Assembly (NCBI GenBank): GCA_024654145.1
Contig: JANLIM010000063.1
Location: 1 to 29,126, forward strand
Direction of reading: 5' to 3'
Source: Candidatus Zambryskiibacteriota bacterium
GTDB taxonomy: Bacteria; Patescibacteriota; Minisyncoccia; Phycocordibacterales; Zambryskibacteraceae
Length of the DNA stretch: 29,126 bases
Shown here: in pieces, positions 22,081-29,126 of the stretch
Layout of the letters: every line of letters begins with the position of its first letter
Position numbering within the stretch: position 1 is the stretch's first letter
Position numbers and translations under genes: made by a program
Notes under the pieces: generated by a model
The model's database searches: none
Told to the model about the DNA's origin: nothing
What the model saw: only the letters and a program-made list of their open reading frames with translations

Positions 22081-22971
22081 ATGTCAACAAAAGCCATAGT
22101 TATCACAGTTTTATTACTCATACTCCTGGGCGCTGGAGCTTACTTTGCAATGAGAGGGCCGGAGGCGAACCCAAATGATTACAACCCCCCAGTCACGAAC
22201 GGAAACAATGGCGGCAATGAGGAACCTGAGCCGGTTCAGAATTCCATGATTAGAATTGATTCTCCTTTGCCTGGAGCAATTGTTTCAAGCCCCCTTGCTA
22301 TTACCGGCGAGGCGCGAGGTAATTGGTATTTTGAGGCAACCTTTCCTGTGAAGATTCTAGATGCTAACGGCAAAGTACTGGGTCAGCATTATGCAGAAGC
22401 GCAAGGGGAGTGGATGACTACTGAGTTCGTTCCCTTTACTTCCAGCCTTACTTTCTCTACCCCTACTACGGAAACCGGCACATTGGTTATAGAGAAGTCG
22501 AACCCTTCCGGCTTGCCGGAGAATGCAGGAGAAGTGCGCGTACCTATCCGCTTTTCAGGATCATCGGCAACTCAGACACGTACTATTAATCTTTACTTCT
22601 ATGATCAGAATAAAGACAAAGATGCGAGCGGCAATATAAAGTGCTCAGCGGATGGTCTTGTTGCAATCGAAAGAACTATTCCACGCACGAATACTCCTAT
22701 CCAGGATGCTGTAAGGGAATTACTGAAAGGCCCAACTGCTTCTGAACGTTCCAGTGTTCCTGGCACCGAATTCCCTCTGTCTGGCGTTACGCTCAGCTCA
22801 GCATCGCTTTCTAATGGTGTGCTTACACTTGCGTTTAACGATCCACAAAACAGCACGAGCGGGGGATCATGCAGGATTGCTATCCTAGATGCCCAGATTG
22901 AAGCAACAGCCAGACAATTTGGAGGAGTCACTTCTGTACGTTACTCGCCATCTGACATTTTTCAACCATAA
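22081..22971 (+). CDS. Membrane-anchored Gmad2 (Ig-like) plus GerMN domain protein
   Basis: N-terminal TM helix, ITGEARGNWYFEATFPVKILD and GEWMTTEFVPF (Gmad2), AVRELLKGPT and GGSCR...QIEATARQF (GerMN). Confidence 0.85.
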   Translation: MSTKAIVITVLLLILLGAGAYFAMRGPEANPNDYNPPVTNGNNGGNEEPEPVQNSMIRIDSPLPGAIVSSPLAITGEARGNWYFEATFPVKILDANGKVLGQHYAEAQGEWMTTEFVPFTSSLTFSTPTTETGTLVIEKSNPSGLPENAGEVRVPIRFSGSSATQTRTINLYFYDQNKDKDASGNIKCSADGLVAIERTIPRTNTPIQDAVRELLKGPTASERSSVPGTEFPLSGVTLSSASLSNGVLTLAFNDPQNSTSGGSCRIAILDAQIEATARQFGGVTSVRYSPSDIFQP

Positions 22972-22983
22972 GGATACTAGTTT

Positions 22984-23187
22984 ATGCAAAGTGAAATCAG
23001 AACCGTTATAGGAGGAGTTATTTTTATTCTTGTTTTTGCTATTTTCTCTGCTCTCGTGATAGAAAACTATAAACCGAAGACTCAACCTTATGAAGGAAGC
23101 TGGGCTTGCACCACTGACGTTATGATTTGCCCAGATGGCCGAGAAGTTCAGCGCACCCCTCCTTACTGTCAGTTCGCCTCATGTTGA
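22984..23187 (+). CDS. Small membrane protein with a four-Cys C-terminal motif
   Basis: One TM helix followed by ACTTDVMICPDGREVQRTPPYCQFASC. Confidence 0.75.
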   Translation: MQSEIRTVIGGVIFILVFAIFSALVIENYKPKTQPYEGSWACTTDVMICPDGREVQRTPPYCQFASC

Positions 23188-23268
23188 GTGTAAGAAAATG
23201 TAAGGATTTTCGTTTACGTCACTTGAGGTTCATAATCTCAAGTATTTACTAGCTAAAATAAACGAAGA

Positions 23269-23904
23269 ATGCATGCCCTTCCCATTCGATACGGCATATT
23301 AGCGGTCCTTGTACTGACAATAGGGTTTGTTGCCTATTCTAGGAACGTGCATGCCTACTCGCTTATCAATCTCAGTACTCTTATTGAAAGTAATGCAGTC
23401 TCAAGCACTACTGTAGATGAAATCGAGGTGAATGCTAGCATAACTACCGGCACACCAGTTGTAGAATCAGAAGAAGTGTCTAACGACATTGGATTGAAGG
23501 CGTATGCTGATAGCTTGGTAGCTTCAGACGAAGCTGTTGAAGAAGTAAAGTTCACCGAAGAGATGGTAGAGGTTAGATACAAGCAGAAGGGTCGCATCTT
23601 GGCACTCGTACCTATCACATTCACCGTAACTGCAACAGTGACTGCGGATGGTCGTGTGGAGATAAAGTACCCGTGGTATTCCACTTTTACTATTGATAAT
23701 AAAGAAGAAGTGAAAACTTCTGCCAAAGTCGCAGTGGACAATGCTCTGCGTGCCAAAGCTGTTGGTTCGGTAAAGGCAGAGGGAGATGCAATGAACCCCA
23801 AGTTTACTGCATCAGAGTCGGCAGCAGTTGCAGCCGGACTTCATAAGGTGCTTAAAGCGGCGCTTCAAGCTCAAAGTAGTTTGAGCACAGAAAACGGACA
23901 GTAG
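23269..23904 (+). CDS. Hypothetical exported or membrane-anchored protein
   Basis: N-terminal hydrophobic helix followed by a beta-rich soluble part. No family recognised. Confidence 0.75.
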   Translation: MHALPIRYGILAVLVLTIGFVAYSRNVHAYSLINLSTLIESNAVSSTTVDEIEVNASITTGTPVVESEEVSNDIGLKAYADSLVASDEAVEEVKFTEEMVEVRYKQKGRILALVPITFTVTATVTADGRVEIKYPWYSTFTIDNKEEVKTSAKVAVDNALRAKAVGSVKAEGDAMNPKFTASESAAVAAGLHKVLKAALQAQSSLSTENGQ

Positions 23905-24105
23905 GGAGTTGACTCTTAGTTGCTCCTTGATAAACTAAAGCTAGTTTCAGAATCCTAAATTCTACCTCAGAAAGACGTGACGACTGCACACGGATAGGCC
24001 AGATTACTGCTACAAAGGTATAAATTGCGTTTCTTTTGAATTCTTTGCGAAAGAGTTCTATTACCTTATTAGTTAGTATATTGGCGTGCACTCACGTCTT
24101 ACAAC

Positions 24106-24678
24106 ATGGATAAAAAATTGGAATTGGACCGAAAGGTCATCGAACGTGTAGCAGAAGTTTTCGGTGAGGTTTATGAGAAGGAGTCGGATGCGATATTTCG
24201 CTTTTGTTTATTAAGAACATCCGACAGAGAAGTGGCGCTTGATTTTACCCAGGATACGTTTATGCGATTCTGGAACTCTCTCATGCTTGAGAAAGATATC
24301 AAAAATCATCGTACGTTCCTCTTCACCATCGCCCGCAATGTTGTTATTGACTGGTACCGCAAGAAGAAGGCGTACTCTCTTGAAACTATGATGGAGAATG
24401 CTGCCGAAGGCAGGTCCAGTTTCACTCTCGCCTCGCTCGACAATGTCGAGACCAACGTGGAAGCAGACTTTGTGGTCAGAAAGATCAGAGAGCTGCCTGA
24501 GCCATACTCAAACGCAGTGTATCTTCGGTGCGTTGAGGAGCTCAAGCCGAGAGAAATTTCCGAGATACTTGGCGAGTCGGCCAATGTTATCTCGGTCCGC
24601 ATCAGCCGTGGACTTGAGCAGTTGCGGTCATTACTACATATGGAGAATGTCCATACAAGAACAGTAAAAGCAACATAA
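24106..24678 (+). CDS. ECF-type RNA polymerase sigma factor
   Basis: Region 2 (DAIFRFC...ALDFTQDTFMRFW...FLFTIARNVVIDWYRKK) and region 4 (LPEPYSNAVYLR...LKPREISEILG...ISVRISRGLEQLR). Regions 1 and 3 are absent. Confidence 0.92.
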   Translation: MDKKLELDRKVIERVAEVFGEVYEKESDAIFRFCLLRTSDREVALDFTQDTFMRFWNSLMLEKDIKNHRTFLFTIARNVVIDWYRKKKAYSLETMMENAAEGRSSFTLASLDNVETNVEADFVVRKIRELPEPYSNAVYLRCVEELKPREISEILGESANVISVRISRGLEQLRSLLHMENVHTRTVKAT

Positions 24679-24706
24679 TCTAGAAGAATTGAATTTGGTA
24701 AAGGAA

Positions 24707-24745
24707 ATCGCTTCCTTCTCTATTTGGGAAGGGGCGATTTTCTTT
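24707..24745. terminator. Probable bidirectional terminator between convergent genes
   Basis: Imperfect stem AAATCGCTTCCTTC...GAAGGGGCGATTT followed by TCTTT. Confidence 0.55.
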
Positions 24746-24761
24746 GAGTTAAATCTATTGA

Positions 24762-25400
24762 TTAACGGGCGAAATGTTCTTCAATTTGGTCCCACCAACC
24801 GTTATTGTCTTGGTCCCGCAAGCTTGCATTCATTTCGAAGCAGGCTGCCTGGCCGACGTTCTCTGGGCAAAACTTAATTCCTAAAAGCTTCGGGTTTCCC
24901 TGAGCGTCCATGGCAAAAAGCAAAACTTTTCGCAATGGCGGAGTTTGTTCACCCTCAAAATTTAGAGATTCATAATCGCTAAGCAGTACAGCTTGGCGGT
25001 TGTCATGGAAGACATGTACGAAGTCTTCTCTGGCAAAATCTTTTGTAAGTCTGTAAACGTTACCTATACGCTTTAGGCACTCAGCTTTGCTTTCTGCATT
25101 AGTTTCCGCTTCCTGACATGGTAGAGATAGCTGGTAGGAAAGGTTTTCAATCCCTGCGATATTTTCGTTTCTAGCATATTCACGGTACTGAGTAAAAGTG
25201 GTAAACAACTCATCTCCTTTGTTACTCTTAGTACTGATACCTGGGAGTTCAAGAGAAGGTGCCTTAAAAGTGCTTGGAATAATAGAAAGGCTAAGTCCCG
25301 GACTATCTGTTTTTCTACTTATAATCTCTCCTGTGTTACCCATAAAAAAAGCTCCTCCAATTACTACTAAAGCAACAGCCACTGCAACATTTTTTTCCAT
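24762..25400 (-). CDS. Hypothetical exported or membrane-anchored protein
   Basis: N-terminal hydrophobic helix, four Cys residues and a C-terminal DQDNNGWWD. TG-A-TATATT lies 6 nt upstream of the ATG. Confidence 0.75.
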   Translation of the reverse strand: MEKNVAVAVALVVIGGAFFMGNTGEIISRKTDSPGLSLSIIPSTFKAPSLELPGISTKSNKGDELFTTFTQYREYARNENIAGIENLSYQLSLPCQEAETNAESKAECLKRIGNVYRLTKDFAREDFVHVFHDNRQAVLLSDYESLNFEGEQTPPLRKVLLFAMDAQGNPKLLGIKFCPENVGQAACFEMNASLRDQDNNGWWDQIEEHFAR

Positions 25401-25484
25401 AAATACAATATATCACACAAATAACACGCTACTGGGAGCTGGCAAGTTGTCGCTTCTCTGTAATACATGATAAAATATCGAGAC

Positions 25485-26165
25485 ATGATTTCTTTTGACC
25501 GCGTTTCCAAAGTATATGCAGACGAGTCAGTTGCTCTCGATAACGTAAGCTTCACTATTGAGCCTGGTGAATTCGTCTCTATCGTAGGACCGTCCGGAGC
25601 AGGGAAGACCACTCTTCTTAAACTTTTTCTTGCAGAAGAAAGACCGACCGAAGGTTCAGTCCTATTCGACAACGTGGATGTCCATACTTTGGATAGAAAG
25701 CAAATCAATGACTTCAGACGCAATGTGGGCATGATTTTCCAGGATTTTCGTCTCCTACCAGACAAAACTGTGTATGAGAACATCGCCTTTACTATGGAAG
25801 TAGCCGGTAGGACTGATGAAGATATAGATACTGATGTGCCGTATGTGCTTAATCTTGTTGACCTTGCTTCTAAGGCGTGGAATTTCCCAAAGGAGCTTTC
25901 CGGAGGAGAGAAGCAGAGAGTGGCTATTGCACGAGCCTTGGTTAATGAGCCTGATGTTATCATTGCAGATGAGCCAACTGGCAATCTTGACCCAGTAAAT
26001 ACATATGACATAGTTCAGATTCTTAAAAAAATTCACGACTTAGGGACGACTGTTATACTGACAACACACAACAAAGGTATAATTGATTCTCTCGGTAAGC
26101 GGGTCATTGCACTCGAACGGGGCGCTGTTGTACGTGATGATAAGTCCGGCAAATATTATGTCTAG
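25485..26165 (+). CDS. ftsE: Cell division ATP-binding protein FtsE
   Basis: GPSGAGKTT, IFQDFRLL, ELSGGEKQRVAIARA, ADEPTGNLDP and TTH. Directly upstream of ftsX. ATG 25485 is preferred over 25467. Confidence 0.93.
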   Translation: MISFDRVSKVYADESVALDNVSFTIEPGEFVSIVGPSGAGKTTLLKLFLAEERPTEGSVLFDNVDVHTLDRKQINDFRRNVGMIFQDFRLLPDKTVYENIAFTMEVAGRTDEDIDTDVPYVLNLVDLASKAWNFPKELSGGEKQRVAIARALVNEPDVIIADEPTGNLDPVNTYDIVQILKKIHDLGTTVILTTHNKGIIDSLGKRVIALERGAVVRDDKSGKYYV

Positions 26166-26180
26166 TTCGACAAACTCACT

Positions 26181-27119
26181 ATGAATAGAGAAATACTTAC
26201 AACTAAACTAAAGAGGGTCATACGCACAGGTTTTTTTAATTTTTGGCGAAACGGTACCGTATCTCTGGCCTCGGTCCTAGTCATGATGGTCACCCTCATG
26301 ACTATTGGGTTTATCTACTTCTCTGGAGCCATTTTGGACACTGCTCTTGCTGAGCTTCGTAATAAAATTGATATAAATGTCACTTTTGTACCTAGTGCTT
26401 TTGAGGATGAGGTTTTGAATATCAAACATTCACTCGAATCCCTGCCAGAAGTGCTTCTCGTCACCTACATTTCTCGAGATGAGGCACTAACCGCGTTTAA
26501 AGAAAGACATGCCAGCGACCCTTCTATCCTCGCTGCTCTTGATGAGTTAGGAGAAAATCCTCTTGGTGCAGTGCTAAATATCAAAGCGCGTGACCCTTCA
26601 CAGTATGCATCCGTTGCAGACTTTCTAGAGAGCGGCAGCGCTATTTCTACTAGTGGTATCACTATTGTAGATAGAATAAACTACTTTCAAAATAAAGTGG
26701 CTATTGATAAACTCACAAGCCTCATTAACTCAGCAGACCGGCTAGGTTTTGCTCTTACGATCTTTCTTGCTGTGATCTCGATGCTCATTGCCTTTAACAC
26801 TATTCGTCTGACAATCTACATTGCGCGCGATGAGATAGCCGTCATGCGCCTAGTAGGAGCTTCGACCACCTATATCCAAGGTCCGTTTGTGGTTGTAGGT
26901 GTTATATACGGAGTTGTGGCAACGGTACTAGCTCTTCTTATGTTTCTTCCTATTACATATTGGCTTGGTTCAACGACTGAAAGCTTCTTTGTCGGCTTTA
27001 ATCTCTTCTCTTTCTATCTAGGTTACTTCCTAGAAATCGCTTCAATACTCTTAGTGTCTGGAGTTCTTATTGGAGCTTTATCGAGCGTTATGGCAATACG
27101 AAAGTACCTAAAAGTGTAA
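26181..27119 (+). CDS. ftsX: Cell division permease FtsX
   Basis: TM1, a large extracellular loop (ENPLGAVLNIKA), NTIRLTIY.ARDEI.VMRLVGA..YI.GPF and 3 further TM helices. Confidence 0.93.
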   Translation: MNREILTTKLKRVIRTGFFNFWRNGTVSLASVLVMMVTLMTIGFIYFSGAILDTALAELRNKIDINVTFVPSAFEDEVLNIKHSLESLPEVLLVTYISRDEALTAFKERHASDPSILAALDELGENPLGAVLNIKARDPSQYASVADFLESGSAISTSGITIVDRINYFQNKVAIDKLTSLINSADRLGFALTIFLAVISMLIAFNTIRLTIYIARDEIAVMRLVGASTTYIQGPFVVVGVIYGVVATVLALLMFLPITYWLGSTTESFFVGFNLFSFYLGYFLEIASILLVSGVLIGALSSVMAIRKYLKV

Positions 27120-27124
27120 AAGTG

Positions 27125-27207
27125 CCAATCTACAAATGATGCGAATTCTACAAATGGAAACGAATAATTCGTAGACATTCGCAGATTGGTGTAGATTCGT
27201 AGATTGG
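27125..27207. repeat. Degenerate inverted array of CTAC(A/G)AAT / ATTCGTAG units
   Basis: CCAATCTAC (27125-27133) and GTAGATTGG (27199-27207) bracket several CGAAT and ATTCG units in mirror orientation. Confidence 0.55.
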
Positions 27208-27210
27208 AAC

Positions 27211-27363
27211 TTACTTTATTGGATTCTCTCCCCGTATCAACCTGAATAGGATCATAATGATAGCAAGGACTAGGAGAACGTGGATAAAGCCTCCGAGTGT
27301 GTAGGATGTCACGAATCCTAGGAGCCAGAGAATCAATAAGATAATGGCTATAGTACTAAGCAT
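27211..27363 (-). CDS. lmo0937-family small membrane protein (50 aa, absent from the ORF track)
   Basis: MLSTIAIILLILWLLGFVTSYTLGGFIHVLLVLAIIMILFRLIRGENPIK has the family pattern ML.TIA.IL.ILWLLG...GG.IH.LLV.A. Confidence 0.85.
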   Translation of the reverse strand: MLSTIAIILLILWLLGFVTSYTLGGFIHVLLVLAIIMILFRLIRGENPIK

Positions 27364-27399
27364 ATTTTTGGTAATTAATTTGTATTAAGCATTAGATTA

Positions 27400-27425
27400 G
27401 ACGTTATAAACAGTAAAAAGTTTCA
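27400..27425 (-). promoter_or_regulatory. ECF sigma-type promoter upstream of the lmo0937-like gene
   Basis: On the minus strand: TGAAAC, 16 nt, CGTC, 36 nt before the ATG. Confidence 0.55.
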
Positions 27426-27496
27426 GCTGAGCTGTGAATGGTATATAGTAGGGTCTGGAATGATCTTAGATTTTCTTAAGCTGGTGGAGGTCTGTG

Positions 27497-27721
27497 ATGA
27501 CTACTTTGTGGTGCTTTAACTGCCGCGAGAAGCGGGTGCGCGAGAATCATAGTTGCACAAATCTGTGCCAAAAGGAGAGTCATTTCGGCCTGTGCTACTC
27601 ATGCGAGAGAAAGTTTCTAGATGAGTTGAAAGACTTGACTGAAGGCCTAGAGGTGCTTGAGGAATACATAGCGAAAGCGGGCATCAAGCAACCCTGGTGG
27701 CGCAAAGAGGCGCTTCAGTGA
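27497..27721 (+). CDS. Small Cys/His-rich protein (possible zinc-binding)
   Basis: CFNC...HSC..LC...H..LCYSC. SD GGAGG at 27486-27490. Alternative GTG start at 27494. Confidence 0.65.
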   Translation: MTTLWCFNCREKRVRENHSCTNLCQKESHFGLCYSCERKFLDELKDLTEGLEVLEEYIAKAGIKQPWWRKEALQ

Positions 27722-27766
27722 GAAGGTGGAGAACAATAGGAGCCTTCGGGCTCCTATTCTCTTTTC

Positions 27767-28333
27767 TTATTTCAACTTTATCGAATCGACAAACGGTTGG
27801 AAGTCGCGGTAAATGTCCGAGTCTTTGTCTAAGTAAGAACCATTTACGTAGTAGACAAATGTTCTATCGGAGAATATTACACTCCTGTTGGGGTAGAGAC
27901 CGTCGGCATCGTAAGATACAGCAGGGTTACCAGCCACAGTAGTGCTCATCATGTCGCTCATAATGAGAGGGAAGTTGCTTAGGCCTGGATTCTGCTTCAC
28001 CCATTCTTCTGGAGTGAGACCAAGTGAGTTATTGTAGGTCTGGAGAGATATAACAGGAGGACCTTCACCGCCATCGCGTTCACCGCTGAGTATTGATTGG
28101 TAATCATCTTCTTGCATGAGGATGATGGTTTTGACTAGTGTGAGCTGGCTTTCGTTCGTCTCCTGTTCCAAGAGCACATAACCGCCTTGACCATCACGAT
28201 ATTCAAAACTAAGAGGCAAGCTAGAATCGTTATAGACCGCTACTTGGGGCACTGGCACCTCTTCTGTATTCCAGTAATAAAGCCCGACACCAATTGCTAG
28301 CAATATAAGAAGCCAAATAAATATTTTTTTCAT
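27767..28333 (-). CDS. Hypothetical membrane-anchored extracellular protein
   Basis: MKKIFIW plus a TM helix and a beta-rich soluble domain ending FQPFVDSIKLK. TATAAT lies 6 nt upstream of the ATG. Confidence 0.8.
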   Translation of the reverse strand: MKKIFIWLLILLAIGVGLYYWNTEEVPVPQVAVYNDSSLPLSFEYRDGQGGYVLLEQETNESQLTLVKTIILMQEDDYQSILSGERDGGEGPPVISLQTYNNSLGLTPEEWVKQNPGLSNFPLIMSDMMSTTVAGNPAVSYDADGLYPNRSVIFSDRTFVYYVNGSYLDKDSDIYRDFQPFVDSIKLK

Positions 28334-28370
28334 GTCTCAATTATAAGACGCATTGGTTTTAATTTAAATT

Positions 28371-28400
28371 AAAAGAGCGGATCTGGCGACCCGCTCTTTT
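28371..28400 (-). terminator. Terminator after the MOSC gene
   Basis: AAAAGAGCGG...CCGCTCTTTT 10-bp stem with a T tract on the minus strand. Confidence 0.7.
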
Positions 28401-28405
28401 GCTCT

Positions 28406-28969
28406 TTAGCGAACGGGTGGGTAGACCCGTATTTCGTCGCCGACCTGAATGACTCCTGCCGAGAGAACGATGCCCATGACACCTCGCTTGCGGCGAGCCT
28501 CGGCAATGAATCTGGAGCTGAGACCTGGAATTCTGTGGTGAGTCTCCAGGCGTTCCCCGACGGTGTGACAGGGTGTGTTTTCCTCCCACACTGCGAGGAT
28601 GGTCTGCTTTCCACCTCTCTCGGGAAAGACGAGCCGAGTGGTGGGGAGGAGCTGGGTGAAGTTGGGGATACCGGAGACGAGTAGGTTCTCTTGGAGGCAC
28701 CCTTGGGGAATAATGTGGCCGAGACGGCCTTCAACCTCACCCACCTCTTCTTTCGAGAGACCTGTCCACATTCTCCAGTTAAAGACGAGGTCTTTCTTCG
28801 CTCGGCTGGAGGTTTCGAGGTATGCTTTGTCGTGTGCGCTCAATCGGCGGCTGAAGCTCGAGTGGTCGTCGCCCACCGGTCCGTCCAAGAAGAATGAAGC
28901 GGACTCAACGGGGGTTGCGTTAATGCACAGCCATTCCACCCGCCCGGTGGCCAACAGTGTCTGCCTCAT
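28406..28969 (-). CDS. MOSC-domain protein (YiiM-like)
   Basis: LQENLLVSG, EENTPC (conserved Cys) and RGVMGIVLSAGVIQVGDEI. SD AGGAG upstream. Confidence 0.82.
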   Translation of the reverse strand: MRQTLLATGRVEWLCINATPVESASFFLDGPVGDDHSSFSRRLSAHDKAYLETSSRAKKDLVFNWRMWTGLSKEEVGEVEGRLGHIIPQGCLQENLLVSGIPNFTQLLPTTRLVFPERGGKQTILAVWEENTPCHTVGERLETHHRIPGLSSRFIAEARRKRGVMGIVLSAGVIQVGDEIRVYPPVR

Positions 28970-29059
28970 ATAATGGTTCTCCTAAACAGGATAGAAGGAT
29001 CAGTCTAGCGAGTACCATACCATCAATCATCGGCGGTTGGCAATAATTTAAATTATTCC

Positions 29060-29092
29060 AAACAAAAAGAGGCCGCTGGCCTCTTTTTGTTT
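29060..29092. terminator. Bidirectional terminator-like hairpin near the window end
   Basis: AAACAAAAAGAGGCC-GCT-GGCCTCTTTTTGTTT. Confidence 0.75.
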
Positions 29093-29126
29093 TATTGGAA
29101 CCATTAGCTTTTAAGGGCTACTATCT

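Noticed and set aside
27125-27207. CRISPR-like or mini-array interpretation of the repeats after ftsX
   Set aside because: The units are short, degenerate and in mirror orientation, with no regular unique spacers and no cas genes.
27697-28973. Alternative ORFs at 27697-27942 (+), 28359-28700 (-), 28369-28740 (-), 28575-28973 (+) and 28691-28897 (+)
   Set aside because: They overlap better-supported genes (the anchored protein and MOSC) and show no recognisable motifs.

Overview
A mostly housekeeping chromosomal window, probably from a Patescibacteria (CPR, Parcubacteria-like) genome. That assignment is inferred from gene repertoire and style, not from a marker gene. The core genes are rpmG, miaA, a P-type cation ATPase, parB, topA, dprA, serS, an ftsQ-like gene, a dus gene, a short dnaX, ftsE/ftsX and four tRNAs (Tyr, Trp, Leu, Gln). 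Interspersed single accessory genes, most with their own promoter, Shine-Dalgarno site and/or terminator, include a B12-binding radical SAM enzyme with a CX8CX2C motif, an Ig-like lipoprotein, a degenerate REC-GGDEF protein and a MOSC protein. There are also general-stress-type genes (YflT-like, KGG, lmo0937-like, ClpP-like, DoxX) and an ECF sigma factor with no recognisable anti-sigma beside it. No integrase, transposase, CRISPR array or rRNA is visible. The strongest leads are: (1) a c-di-AMP (ydaO)-like RNA with no downstream gene, ending in a terminator that faces the 3' end of topA; (2) palindromic repeats inserted in frame into topA (two) and miaA (one); (3) a catalytically degenerate REC-GGDEF with an intact I-site close to a ClpP-like gene; (4) ECF-type promoters before two stress genes; (5) a split between apparently leaderless native genes and SD-led accessory genes; (6) a 39-aa acidic ORF behind a structured leader. 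All calls come from reading the sequence by eye; no database searches or folding programs were run.
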